From assembly GCF_018350175.1 (NCBI RefSeq), contig NC_058368.1:18974001-19038000 (forward strand): DNA of 64,000 bases. The letters are read 5' to 3'. Position 1 is the first letter of the stretch. Every line of letters begins with the position of its first letter. Source of the DNA: Felis catus (Eukaryota). Both the position numbers and the translations under genes were made by a program. This document shows positions 1-13,552 of this stretch, in pieces. The notes under the pieces are model-generated. The model was not told where the DNA came from. It did not search any database and saw only the letters and a list, made by a program, of their open reading frames with translations.

Positions 1-1556
1 AAAACCTAAAATGTATGGAGGAGGTTTGGGTATTGGGCAGTGGGTAGAAACTGGAAAGACCTTGAGGCAAGTATTGATGAGAACTTAGGGCCTCAAAGAG
101 ACTTAGAGCCTGAAGGCTCTCAAAGCCACTGTGAGGGAGAGCTTTAGGAAAATCAACATTACTGGAAGCTACAGAAAAGGGGACTTCTGTTCAGCAGCAT
201 TGTTGCTTCTAGTAAGGTGGGAAACAGGAAACACACTCAATGAACTGGATGAGCCAGTCTAAGGAGACTTCCAGTGTTGAACCTTAGTTGCAGATGGTAA
301 AATGTGGGAAGAGATAAGGAAGAACCGTTCCATATAAAGGAGCCAAGACTTGCAGGTATCCAAAAGAAAACATTTCTCATTCTCAGCCCCTCCAGACAGC
401 AAACAATGCTAAAATTTAAAATGGTTTCTGAACAGGGGCGCCTGGGTGGCTCAGTTGGTTGAGCATCTGACTCGATTTCGGCTCCGGTCATGAGATGGAG
501 TGCCGTGCTGGGCTACGTACGTATGTAGAGCCTGCTTAAGAGTCTCTCTCCCTCTGCCCCTCCCCCACTGGCTCAAGCTCCTGCACTCTTTCTCTCTGAA
601 AAAAAAAAAAAAAAAATGGTTTCTGAACAGAAATCAAATTCAGTGCAGTGTCAGGAAAACTATAGGCATGACTGCAAAACCCTCTGTTAAGATCTTACAA
701 AGATTATTTTTTTGAAGATTTTATTTTTAAGTAACCTCTACACCCAACCTGGGGCTTGAGCTCACAACCCCAAGATCAAGAGTTTCATGCTCCACCGAAT
801 GAGTCAGCCAGGCACCCCAAGATTTAAAATGCTGCCTCAGAGAGTCTTTCAAACAAACAGGAATTCTAAGAAACTTATGGGTTTGGTCCCACAGCCTTGC
901 ACAGGGAGCTAGCTCAATGTAGAATACGATCTTGGTTCCCAAACTATGCCCTAAGGAACCCTGGAGCACTACAAGGAAATACAGCAATCTGTCAGTGACT
1001 GAACTACTAAGGCAAGGTAGTCCTGGTTTTAACACCAGACTACCGCATGTCTTTTGTTGACATCATCTTTGTGAAGATGGGTTTTCTGGCAGTTGCTATG
1101 ATAAAAAGCAAGTACCCTTCAAAAGTCAATATGAAACAGGAAATGAGAGTGGCAGTGTCCAATCTGATTCCAAGGCTACATCATAAAAACAATACAAATT
1201 CCTCCTGGCTCCCTTTCTCTTGGGACACTCGCCCTAGGAACCCAGCCGCCATGCAGTGAGGAAGCCCAGGCCACACAGAGAGGCCACAGGTAGGTGTTTC
1301 CGGTAACAGTCCTGGCTTAGGTCTCAGCTAACAGCCAGCTTCAACTGTCAGAGCAATGAATGAGCAAACCTTCAGATGATTCCAGCCTCTGGACTTGCAA
1401 GTCTTCTGAGTAAGGACAGCACGGAACAGAGATTACCCTTCTCCACTGTGCTCTGCCCACACTGCTGACCCACAGAATCCATCAGCATAAAAAAATGGTT
1501 GTTTTATGCCACTAAATTTTGGGGCAACTGTTATGCAGCCACACTAACTCTATCAA
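1..1556 (+). mobile_element. Ancient MaLR (MLT1) internal and LTR fragments, interrupted by SINEs and a Charlie-like remnant
   Basis: MLT1-like LTR motifs at ~1200-1556 (GCCATGCAGTGAGGAAGCCCAGGCCAC...GTTGTTTTATGCCACTAAATTTTGGGG). Family recognised by eye. Confidence 0.55.
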
Positions 1557-2259
1557 TGGGGGTTCAGTATATAATACAAATAAAAAAACTAAAAAACAGG
1601 CCATGCATAGAGCAATGACAGTCATCATGAATCAAAGATGATTTACCCAATTCTGTGCAACTGGGATCCCTTAAAAAAAAAAAAAAAGAGTGGTGAACAA
1701 AATCATTAAAAGATACATTAAAATTTTTTTATTAAGTAAACTCTATATCCAATGTGGGGCTTGAACTCATGACTCTGAGATCAAGAGTCGCATGCTCTAC
1801 CAACTGGGCCAGCCAGGCACCCTAAAAGATTCATTTTTAAAAACTCAAAACAAATAGGTCTCATTCACCAATCTTTTGATGTAGGACCAAAGCCTCTTTG
1901 AATAGAAGTTTCAACATATATCTTTTATATATACACTGCACCCATAGTACATCCTCCAAGAGTTCCAATTCTGATTTCTTTAAAGCAGAAACATGCAGCA
2001 AGAACTTAAAAATGCTTACAAAGCAGTCTGAATGCAGAATTTTCTTACATTTTTCTACTTGTCTCATTCATACCTAATTGGAAAGGAATTTTTAAAATTT
2101 CCTTTCCTGAGTCTTTGCAAAACATTCAGCTCATTTTAACCATTTCCATAACAGATAATTAAATTGTATAATTATAAAAAAAGCAAAATGGGTCACAAAC
2201 AGGTCTGCAAGCTTAAAAAAAACTCTTGGTAAGTATTTTTATATATGTGTGTCTGTATT

Positions 2260-2463
2260 TTTTTTTTTTTTTTTTTTTGGGACAGAGAGAGACAGAGCAT
2301 GAACGGGGGAGGGGCAGAGAGAGAAGGAGACACAGAATCGGAAACAGGCTCCAGGTTCCGAGCCATCAGCCCAGAGCCTGACGCGGGGCTCGAACTCACG
2401 GACCGCGAGATCGTGACCTGGCTGAAGTCGGATGCTTAACTGACTGTGCCACCCAGGCGCCCC
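2260..2463 (-). mobile_element. Young felid SINE
   Basis: Consensus-like body, pure T tract, flanking direct repeat TGTGTGTCTGTATT. Part of a SINE cluster running to ~3160. Confidence 0.88.
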
Positions 2464-4013
2464 TGTGTGTGTCTGTATTGTCTAATTCTATGTACTTAAA
2501 AAAAATTTGGGGGGGGGAGGGGCACCTGGGTGGCTCAGTTAACCATCTGACTTTGGCTCAGGTCCTGATTTCGCAGTTTGAGTTCAAGCCCTGTGTCGGG
2601 CTCTGTGCTGACAGCTCAGAGCCTGAAGCCTGCCTCGGATTCTGTGTCTCCCCCACTCTCTACCCCTCCCCTGCTCACACTCTGTCTCTGTCTCTCTCTC
2701 TCAAAAATAAACATTAAACAAAATTTAATAACAAAAAAAATTTTTTTTGATTTTTATTTGAGAAGGAGAGAGTGTGTGTGTGTGCACGTGCAGGGCAGAG
2801 GAGTGGAGGGAGAGGGGGAGCGGTGGGGGGGAAGAGGGGAAGAGAGACAGAAAGGGAGAGAGGGAGAGAGAGAGAATGTATCTTAAGCAGCCTCCAAGCT
2901 CAGCACAGAGCCTGATGTGGAGCTCAATCCCATGACCCTGGGATCCTGACCTGAGCCGAAATCAAGAGTTGGATGCTCAACCGAGTCACCCAGGCACCCC
3001 TAATTCCATATACTTTTATGTAGTGTTTTTGTTTTATTTTGTTTCTAAAAGGGAGGAAGAGGATGGGGTACCTGGCTGGCTCGGTAGAGCATCTGACTCT
3101 TGACCTCAGGGTTATGGGTTCAAGTCCCATGTTAGGTGTAGAGATTACTTAAAAAAAGTAAAGAGAAGGAGGTAGCTTTGATGGCCACTCATTTTTTGAA
3201 CTAGCTTTTCTCCTACCACCCAATTATGCTTTCCAGAGGTAGTTTTGATACAATATGATACAATATAGAGACAAGAAGTTTCATGAAAGTATTAAGTCGT
3301 TCTGGAAGATAGGAATCTACATTATCTGTTGATTCTGCTAAGAGAAGTCAGAGATGGGGATCTTCAAGCCACATACCTTATTACTTGATTGATGTAAGAA
3401 ACACCATTATTTGTCTATCATTAAAACAAAACACTGTCATTGAAACCACAACACAATGCTAAGATATTACTGATTGCACTTAGAATCAATGAAGTATAAT
3501 ACTCTTTTGACAAGCACAAATAATTACATGTTAAGGAAATCATGTAAGTAGAGAACACTGATAATTACTGGTCAAAGGAAATCATATACAACAGTTGTAA
3601 TCAACATGCTTACATTCTATCCTAGCTGGAATTTTTTAAATGGAAATTTCAAAGAAACAAGTCCTTTAGAGACACGAAGCTACTTCCAAATCAGGATATA
3701 AACAATTTGGTAATTAACAGTTTAAAGAGGCAATTAAGTGACAGTTAATAACACTGATGAATATGTAAAAGAATATGTGGAATTCTCAATTAGATCTCTA
3801 CTTTTTCCTCTCTAGATTGTATGCACATGTCCCCTTCCTATTTAAATACAGAAGGGTAATAGTATCTTTCAAGTAAGTATTAAAGTCTCCATGTTTACAA
3901 ACTGATAATCTTCATGCAGTATCTCCCAGATCCTCTAATTTAAAATTCCTTTCTAAAAGAAAAAGGAGTTTCAAAAAGTACTTTCAACACAGTTGAAATT
4001 CCATTCAATTTAC

Positions 4014-4298
4014 CTCTTTTTTGGGGCATCTTCCGGAACTTTGTGAAGCCTGCCAGTTGTAGCCTCTATACTCTTAAGTTGTCTTCTATTGGGTGGCCTT
4101 GTTGTTTGTACTTTGGCTGTGCTTAATTCAACTCGCATGCCCTTAATAATACCTAACAAGTCTTTTTTTGTGTTCTCCTTCACACTCTCTTGGGTCTCTG
4201 TTTCCTTGGAAATATCACGTGTTGGAGCAGACTGCTCATCTTTCTTGTTACAGATCACGTTGTTCGTGCCAAAATATCGGTGGACTTCATTTTTTGTT
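4014..4298 (-). CDS. MRPS31: Mitochondrial ribosomal protein S31, coding exon 2 (285 nt)
   Basis: Acceptor TTTCTAG|A and donor AG|GTAAAT. Encodes [20 protein letters not shown]...[24 protein letters not shown]...APKKR, matching recalled MRPS31. Exon 3 was not found in 1-4013. Confidence 0.95.
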
Positions 4299-4817
4299 CT
4301 AGAAAGATGTATTAAAGAAAAAAATGAAAAATACAATGAAAAATAATAAAGTGACTCAAAAGCACTGCTTCTGTTTTAAAATTTTCCAATTCGAACCCTT
4401 CCCTTTTGCTTTTTATTATTATTGTCAGCAACCATAATGAAGCAATTTTAACATTTATTGAATACAGAATATGTGCCTAGTCTGGTGCAACATATTTTAT
4501 GTGCATTTTCTCATACCCACATCAACTCCATAAGGCAAGTATTATCCCCATTCTGCAGATAAGGAAACTGGAAACCAGAGAAGTGAAGCGATTTACCCAA
4601 GGTCATGTAGCTTAAAGCTCACTAAGACCTAAGACATGCTGGTGAGTCACAAATGGGTCACAGATGTGCTGAGACACTGATTGATCAACTTGTCCTTGGG
4701 ATAGCTGAGGGAGGCCTGGGCTGCTGGTGCACTTAACTGTTGCCTCCCTCCATTTACCTCAGGGTTTGATACAAAGATCATTTTCTATTTGCTCCATGAC
4801 ATTAAAAAAGGTCGCAA

Positions 4818-5360
4818 CTTTCTGATCCGCTCTTGGCAGCGGAACGACCGCCGAGCTGCAGATTTTTGTGAAAACCCTTACGGGGAAGACCATCACTCTC
4901 CAGGCTGATCCCTCAAAAAGAAGACAAAACAGAACGGCCAAGATCCAGGATAAGGGAGGAATTCCTCTTGATCAGTGGAGACCGATCTCCACTGGCGGGC
5001 AACTGGAAGATGGATATACCGGGCCTGTCACAACATTCCAAAGGAGTCTACCCTTGATCTTGTGTTAAGACTTCATGGCGGTGTTAAGAAAAGAAGTCTT
5101 CTACCACTCCCAGAAGAATAAGTATAAGAGAAAGAAGGTTAAGGCAGCTGTCCTGAAATACTATTAAGTGGACGAAAATGGCAAATCAGTTGCCTTTGTC
5201 AGGAATGCCCTTCAGATGAATGTGGTGCTGGAGTTTTAATGGCTAGCCACTTTGACAGATATTGTGACATATGCTGTCTGACCTATTGCTTCAACAAATC
5301 AAAAACAAGTAATTGTTTACAGGTTAACAAAAGACAGGAACTAACATTTAAAAAAAAAAA
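4818..5360 (+). pseudogene. RPS27A: Processed pseudogene of the ubiquitin-S27a fusion gene, antisense in MRPS31 intron 1
   Basis: Degenerate ubiquitin ([14 protein letters not shown]...[12 protein letters not shown]) is followed by S27a remnants ([40 protein letters not shown]). Start codon ATG>CTG at 4856, frameshifts, no introns, poly(A) 5350-5360. TSD AAAAAAGGT(C/T)GCAA at 4804-4817 and 5355-5368. Confidence 0.95.
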
Positions 5361-7103
5361 GGTTGCAAAACACTGACAGGGTTAGTAAATTTCAATTTAT
5401 TATTCTCAAACCCCAAACTGACTGACTGCCATGTCCTTAACATGATATAATAATACCTCTTTGAAAGCTATAAACATTTCTATTAACAAAGAAAGGTTAC
5501 TTTCTTTAAAAAACATGTCTGGATAGGGGCTCCTGGGTGGCTCAGTTGGTTAAGCAGTCCACCTCTGGATTTCAGCTGAGGTTATGATCTCCCTTGCATT
5601 GGGCTCCACAATGCAGAAGTGTGCTTGGGATTCTCTCGTTCCCTGTCTGCACCCCTCCCCCTCTCCACTCCCTTCCCACATGTGTGTTCTCTCTCTCTCT
5701 CTCAAGAATAAATAATTGTTTAAAAATAAAATAAAAAAATAAAAGGGGCGCCTGGGTGGCTCAGTCAATTAAGTGGCCGAGTATTGATTTTGGCTCAGGT
5801 CATGATCTCATGGTTGTTGAGTTCGAGCCCCACATCAGGCTCCACACTGCAGTGTGAAGCCTACTTGGGATTCTCTGTCCCTCCCATTTTCTCTCTGTCT
5901 CTCTCTCTCTCAAAATAAGTAAAATAAACTTAAAAAATAAAAAAACAAAAGCCATGTCTGGGTATTATTCTAATCTGATTAACTTTCTCCCTGAGCTACG
6001 TGTCAATTAAACAATCACCATTTGTAAACTAAGCTAAAATGGAACAAAAAAAGGATATTCAGTGGCTACTTTCTGCTTTCTTCATTAGATACATTTGTGA
6101 AAAAGAACAACACAAATGATTACATCTATTTCAAATTCATGCAAAAGATTTGCCAAATCTAAGTAACCCAAATAGCTAATTTTATTTTGTGATGTTAAAA
6201 ACCTTTTGATACTTGATACTGAAGAACTTTAAAAACTAATCAATGTGTTAGATTAAGAGAGTATAACGTATGAAAAGTCATTCATTAAACACAATGAGCA
6301 TCTACTTTGTGTCGAGCGCTACCCTACACACTGGTGATACATTAGTAAATAAGAATTTCATGGTCCCTATCTTTATGAAGATAACAGGTTAGAACACTGT
6401 TTCTCAAACTTCAATATGCTTAAGAGTTACCTAAGTGACTTTTAAAAAACAGGTTCTGTGGTCCAACCAAGGAATTGATTCAGTAGCTTTGAAGAGGGAC
6501 TCAGAGTTTGCATTTCTAACAAGTTTCAAGTAACGCTGATGCTGCCCATCAGAGGACCACGTTGAAGGAGCTATGCTACGTATGTCATTTAATCCTTACA
6601 ATCTTATAGGACCAGTTTTACTATTTGTATTATAGAAGAAGAAACTGTATTATAGAAGAAGAACTTAACATTCAAAGATGTTAAATCAGTGGCTCTTAAC
6701 CTTTAGGGATCATATGAATTACACAGGGAGCTTATTTAAAACATATTCCTGAGATTCTTAGTTGCTAAGTTTGGAATGGGGCCCAAGGACATGCCTGCAT
6801 TTAACCAAGATGCCAGGCGATTCTGATATAACTCATCTCAAGACCCTACATCAGACCCTGGGTTACTTATTATACCAAGTTCTCAAAGCTAGCAAACGCG
6901 AGTACCAGGCTAGGGACCTTTTAATGAAAGACAAAATGGCTACTTCCAAAAATGCGGAACCAAATTATCTGATCTGCTTATAAAAATTTCAGAGGTGGGC
7001 GCCTGGCTGGCTCAGCTGGTGAAGCATGCAACTCTTGATCTCAGAGTCGTGAGTTCAAGCCCCACGTTGGGCACAAAGCCTCTTTTATATATGTGTGTGT
7101 GTG

Positions 7104-7139
<36 letters not shown>

Positions 7140-8999
7140 TACATGCATGTATGCCAGAGGCTCAGGTGCGTGGGTGGCTCAGTCAGTTAAGCGTCCGACT
7201 CTTGATTTTGGCTTAGGTCATGATCTCAGGAGTTCATGAGATCGAGCCCCACGTCAGCTCAGAGCTGACAGCACAGAGCCTGCTTGGGATTCTCTCTCTC
7301 CCTCTCTCTCTCTGCCCCTTTCCCGCTCCCATGATGCTCTCTCTCTCTCAAAATAAATAAATTAAAAAAAAATGACAGAGGCTATCAAATCAGGCACTTA
7401 ACAACTAGAATGCAAAACCAGGCACATAACTAGCATCCTCATAATCAGTACACAGGACCTTCATCATAATATCATTCACCATGTGGTACAATTCAATTTA
7501 GGAAAATGCTCTATTATTTTGTATGTACAAGTTAAATTAACATTAAAGGTGTTATAACAGAAAGGTGTCAATCAGGAGAATGAATTTCACATATAACCTC
7601 CCTCCTTCAATGTTTCCTTCCAAGGCTGTTACAAGGCTACAGAAAGTAATCTGTGTTTATTGCAGGAAACTCAGGTACAGGCAGTTAACTTCATAACACT
7701 AAAATAATAAAACTCCAGTCGTAACCTCCCACTTGGGCTTGTTTCTGCTGAGAGCCTCCATCTCCTCAGCACTTCATTTAAGAAACAAAAAAGTTTTTTA
7801 AGTTTATTTGTTTATTTTGAGAGAGACAGAGACAGCGCAAGTGGGGGAGGGCAGAGACAGAGGGAGAGAGAGAATCCCGAGCAGGCTTCGTGCTGCCAGC
7901 ACAGAGCCCAATGCGGGCGAAGCGTGAGATCATGACCCGAGCTGAAACCAAGAGTCAGTCGCTTAACCGACTGTGCCACGTGGGCACCCCTCCATAGCAC
8001 TTCAAATCCAACACATCCAAATCCACGTTCAAGAGTCCCCTCTCCTACTGACTTTCCATTTTTCACCCTTCTGTACCGAAGGGGCTCCTTCCCATAATAG
8101 ATATTTTGTATTTTCAAAACCGTGACGTATTTTAAAAAGCCTTCTCAAAGCTGCTCCTCATTCTTCTGTTAACATTAATGGTACCCTACTCCTCCAAGGC
8201 AGCCAGCTGAAATCTTTTCACTACCTTACCCTTATTTCCTCATATGTCACATCATATCAATTCTACCTGTGCAATTTTTCTCCTCCATCCAGCTGTTACT
8301 TCCCATCCCCGCTGCTACCAACTTGCTTAGAGCTGCACTTAACCAGACTGGCCCCAAATCGTTCTGCAGGGACTATAATGCAGTAAAATTAAGTTTTCAT
8401 AATGATGTGAGTTCTCAGAGAAGAAATACCAACATAAAGTATGCATAACTACCCTTTGTTGCCTGGCTAGCTCCAACCCTTAGCTCCCCTCCACAGTTTA
8501 TCAGATTTCTTTTCCAGAAAGGATATTCTGAACCTTTCTTTCCTACAATGGTTAGCTGTCCCGACTTGCTCACCCAGCGATTACTTTATTAAAGCAGTCT
8601 GTGTTACCTACACCATCTCAGCTTTACTCCACTGTACTTGAATTGCCTGCCTGGTGGAATCATAAGCTCCGTGATGGCAGGATCGTTTTTATTCGGGACT
8701 TAACAACAGTATTGGTACATTGTGAATACTTTCAATAATGAACCACAGGATAAATGGAGGCTGGAATGAGACCATTATACTCTTGGCAAGTAATAAAATA
8801 AAATAAGACAACTTTACTTCTGGAGGCTGGATTGAATGAGGGGAGAAGTGGCAAGAGGTACGAGGCGCGGTACGTAGTAGAGAGCACAGGACAGACCATG
8901 CACGTATCCGTAGCTCTGTTTCTCACTCACATATGACCTTGGGCAAGTCATTTTACCTTTCTGGGATTTCCCTTTCCTCAGATGTAAAGCAACGGCTTT

Positions 9000-9430
9000 T
9001 AGGACCTCGCGGGTAGTAACATCGACCCCAGGAGAAAGGTCACTGAATACACCGGCGGGAGGCCAGGGGTTGCCTGAAGACCTGCGGGGCCCACAGCGCC
9101 GAAATGCGGTACCTGACCGTTCCGTGCGGAGCACCGAGTCGCACAATCGCAGCCGCCGGTGCCTCTGAGCCTCCAGGGCACAAAGGGAAGGGGGAGAGGA
9201 GGCGAAGAGGTATGATCGCGGAGACTCTTGGAAACATCGCCAAGAAGCAAACACAATCGCACACACAACGGAGTGGCGGGTCCCTCTGCTAAACACATCC
9301 CTCGCCCTCTCTTCCGTTCCCCAGCCTGGCCCGTTCCTTCTCTTCCGGTTCCGGTGGGCAACAGGGGCGGGTAACTGCGTTCCGGACTCGCCCGCGGGCG
9401 GCCACGTTGCGTGCGCTGCTTCCAGGCGAT
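9000..9430 (-). promoter_or_regulatory. MRPS31 CpG-rich promoter/exon 1 region
   Basis: CpG-rich. Tandem ETS/GABP motifs CTTCCGGTTCCGG (9342-9354), GC box GGGGCGGG (9364-9371) and NRF1-like TGCGTGCGC (~9408). No clear TATA box. Confidence 0.75.
9113..9237 (-). CDS. MRPS31: Mitochondrial ribosomal protein S31, coding exon 1
   Basis: ATG at 9237 gives [41 protein letters not shown], like the recalled human N-terminus MFPRVSTFLPLRPLSRHPL. The canonical phase-2 donor CAG|GTACCG (GT at 9112-9111) fits the exon 2 phase. The donor choice is inferred. Confidence 0.88.
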
Positions 9431-10540
9431 TCTAGTCGAGGAGGTAAAATCGATGCCTGAGTTCAGCTAAGATACGCTGGTTGAGGCAGGACCCAGATGG
9501 AGGAGGGAGGGTGGGGGGGGGGGAGGGAGTTACTGTGCAAATGCTACTTTGGGGGCCAGTAAAAGGAGGCGGAGAACTAACCTTACTGGGCGGTTTTGGG
9601 GGAGAGGATCCACAGCGTTCATCACATTCTCTAGATGATCTGTAGCCACCAAGGTTAAAAAAGAAAAATTACCATAGGACACGCTGCCCGATAAATTAGT
9701 ATTTCTTTTCAGGCACTGTTCTTGATGTAGAGTCAAGCACGTGAGACATACATGTTTCGTCTTTTCAAAAATGGTTTTACGTATAGAAATCTGCAAGAGA
9801 AAGGCTTGACTTTTTCCTGCCCTTCGTGAAGGCAGTGAACAGTGGATGAGCGGTGATCAAACTTGGAAGTGCGTGAGCATAAACCCTCTGGGAAGATGCC
9901 AGCTAATAGGTCACATGGGAACTTCTGGCTTAATGTTTATCATTTTTTTCAATTAAAAAATTTTTAATGTTTATATTTGAGAGAGAGAGAGAGAGCATAA
10001 GCAGGGGAGGGGAGAGAGAGAGGGAGACACAGAATCTGAAGCAGGCTCCAGGTTCTGAGCTGTCAGCACAGAGCCAGATGCGGGGCTCCAGCTGTGAGAT
10101 TGTGACTTAAGCCGAAGTTGGAGGCTTAACCGACTGAGCCACCCACGTGTCCATATTTTTTTAATTAAAAATTTATATTTTATTTTACTTTTGAGAGGGA
10201 GGATCAGGGAGAGAATCTTAAGGAGGCTCTGCACCGTCAACGCAGACCCGCAACCAGGGTCTTAAATTCACAAGCCCGTGAGATCATGACCTGAGCTGAA
10301 ACCAAGAGTCGGTGGCTCAACTGGCTGAACCATCTAGGTGCCCCTATTTATTTATGTTGAGAAAGATAGAGAGAGAGCAAGCTTGTGCACACACTTGAGG
10401 GGCATGGAGAGAGAGAGAGGGAGGGAGAATCCTAAGCAGGCTTTGGGCTGCCAGTGCTATGGGTGCTGAGCCCAACTCAGAGCTGGAACCCAGGAACCTG
10501 TGAGATCATGACCTGAGCTGAAATTAAGAATCAGAAGCTT

Positions 10541-10775
10541 GGGGCGCCTGGGTGGCGCAGTCGGTTAAGCATCCGACTTCAGCCAGGTCACGATCTCGCG
10601 GTCCGTGAGTTCGAGCCCCGCGTCAGGCTCTGGGCTGATGGCCCAGAGCCTGGAACCTGTTCCCGATTCTGTGTCTCCCTGTCTCCCTCTCTCTCTGCCC
10701 CTCCCCCGTTCATGCTGTGTCTCTCTCTGTCCCAAAAATAAATAAACATTGAAAAAAAAATTAAAAAAAAAAAAA
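10541..10775 (+). mobile_element. Young felid SINE (SINEC_Fc-like) nested in an older antisense SINE
   Basis: Intact CpGs and a long A tail. Perfect TSD AAGAATCAGAAGCTT at 10526-10540 and 10776-10790. Confidence 0.92.
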
Positions 10776-12847
10776 AAGAATCAGAAGCTTAACCAGCTGG
10801 GCCACCCAGGCACCCAGGAACCTCTAGCTTAGAGTTACACATGGGCAGTTGAATGCTGACACTATCTTTTCCCCCACAACTTCAAAAAAAAATCAAGATT
10901 GGTGGCAAATTTTTTTGTAATCTGAAATACAGAAGAGTGCACAAGTCATAAACATGTTGAGGAAAATGTGCTTAATGAATTATCTCAGAATGAATTTGCC
11001 CGTGTGAACCACCACCCAGATCAAGACATAGAATATTACCAAGAGAGTATACTTAATTTGATATCACTTGATATCTGGTTGAAAATCCATTCATGAGTGT
11101 AATAGTCCATTAAAATCACATTAAACTTTTTTTAAGTGTTTATTTATTTTTGAGAGGCGGGGGAGGGGCAGAAAGAGGGAGACAGAATCCAAAGCAGGCT
11201 TCAGGCTCTGAGCTGTCAGCACAGAGTCTGATTCGGGGCTCCAACTCATGAATCGGGAGATCATGGCCTAAGCCAAAGTTGGGCGTTTAACCGACTGAGC
11301 CACCCAGCGACCCCCAAATCACATTAAATAGTTACTTTATCCTTTTTCCAATTTCTTATAATAACCCTAGCTTTTTTTTTTTTTTTCTTTTAAGGTTGAC
11401 AAAGGGGACTGAAACCGCCATCTCAGATTCACAGCTTCTCTGGAGGTATATCCTGTCCCAATTATCCTGATCCTAGTCAACTCTACTGCACTATCCGTCC
11501 TGTACATTCCTTAACCTCCTTCATTGGGGCAGATAGGCTGTGACCTATATGAGAGTACCGGGCTGAAGGTCACAAGCAGGGATTGAAATTCAGCCTTGCT
11601 CAACTCTGACTCCTTCAACTGTCACTTTCCAAAAGAGGCCTTCTTTGACTTCTGTAGCCTCCTGTGCCATCCAGTCACACTCTCTGGCAGGGATTACTGC
11701 TGTCTACCAGTCCCCATTTGCTTCTTCCTCTGGAGCTTTAGCTCAACACATGGCCACAGCAGAGACTACATTTCCCAGACTCCCTTGCAGGCAGGTATGT
11801 CTGCATCTAATCAATAGAATGTGGGTAGAGGTGATGTGCCCTTAAAAATGGGCACAAATTCCCCACAACCTTTTTCTCCTTCCTCCTACTTGGAATATAG
11901 GCCAGATGATAGGAGCTGAAGCAGCTAGGGGATGGAGAGATGAAGGATTTCGGAGATGAGGATGACAGCCATCCTACCTCTGTCCTTACCCACCTCCTCC
12001 AGACATTCACAAACAAAGGGGAGGGGGGAACCACTTCCATGTTATTCAAATGTATTTTTGAGTTTCTTTGTGGCAAGTAGTCTAGATTGTACCTTATCTA
12101 AGGTACCCTCTATGTCAAAACCTTGTTTCATTTTCTACAGAGTATCAGTAAGTGAAATTTATCCCATATTTATATGCTTAAATGCTTATTATCTCACTCT
12201 GACAGAATGTGTGTTCCATGAAGGAATGGACTTTGTCTTATTCACTGCTGCATTCCCAGTTTCTAGAACCATGCCTGTCATATAATAGATGCTCATATTC
12301 GGTGAATAAATAATTTCCAAGTGCAAAGGGAAAAAAAAATGGTGCAGAGAGTTTAAGTAATTTGCCCAACTTTCTGCAGCTAGTCAATGGCAGAGCTAGA
12401 TTCAAATTCAGAGCCAATTAACTCTGATATTCTTGTTCATTTTGGAATACTTGACAGTTTAGGATTTTACTCACGCATAAAAGTCACGGGGAGGCACTTA
12501 CTGATACACATTACTGAGTAGCTCAGAAGATCTGAATCTGAGATTCAGCACCCCAGGTGATTCTGGTGCTGGTCTTCAGACAAAACTTTGAGATATGCTG
12601 CAATGACCCTATGGCGTATTTAGCTGTTCATAGCTCTGTATACACTTAAAATGCACATAAAGAAAAAGTGTTGTAATTGGTGCAGCATTAAAGCAACAGC
12701 CAGATTATTACTTTGCAGGAACATCAGAGTCATTATGCTATGTGAACAGAGTGAGATCAAAGAGACAGCACTATATGATTCCACTTATATAACAATGTGA
12801 AGAAGACAAAGTTCTAGGGACAGAAATCAGATCAAAAGTTACCAGGA

Positions 12848-13552
12848 GTTGCAGCCACTCTGGAGAACAGGATGGAAGTTTCTCAAAAAACCAAAAATAG
12901 AACTACCCTGTGATCCAGCAATTGCGCTATTAGGTATTTACTCAAAGGATACAAAAATACAGATTCGAAGGGGTGCGTGCACCCCACTGTTGATAGCAGC
13001 AGTATCAGCAGTAGCCCATCTATGTAGAGAGCCCAAATATCCATCGACCGATGAATAGATAAAGAAGATGCAGTGTGTACAATGATAAATAAAGAAGATG
13101 CAGTGTGTACAATGATATATTACTCAGCTATCAAAAAGAGTGAAATTGTGTCATTTGCAACGATGTGGATGGAGCTAGAATGTATTATGCTAAGCAAAAT
13201 AAGTCAATCAGAGAAAGACAAATGCGGTGTGAGTTCACTCCTATGTAGAATTTAAGAAAGAAAACAGATGAACGCACGGGAAGCGGGGGGGGGGGGGGGG
13301 AGGAAGAGAAGAGAGAAACAAACCACAAGAGACTCTTAACAGTAGAGAACAAATTAAGGGTTGATGGAGAGAGGTGGTTGGGGGATGGGCTAGATGGGTG
13401 ATGGGTACTAAGGAAGGCACTTGTGATGAGCACTGAGTGTTGTATGTAAGTGGTGAATCACTGAATTCTACTCCTGAAACCAATACTGCACTGTATGTCA
13501 ACTAAAATTTAAATCACAAAGAAAAAAATAAAGTAACAATGGTAAAAAAAAA
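12848..13552 (+). mobile_element. L1 3' fragment
   Basis: ORF2 C-terminal peptides ([30 protein letters not shown]), L1 3'UTR and A-rich tail. Confidence 0.88.

Noticed and set aside
436..520. tRNA genes suggested by A/B-box motifs here and elsewhere
   Set aside because: They are the tRNA-derived heads of CanSINEs, followed by (CT)n and A tails.
8814..9361. Overlapping 160-aa and 120-aa ORFs at the MRPS31 5' end
   Set aside because: Alternative frames across a GC-rich promoter and exon, with no homology recognised.
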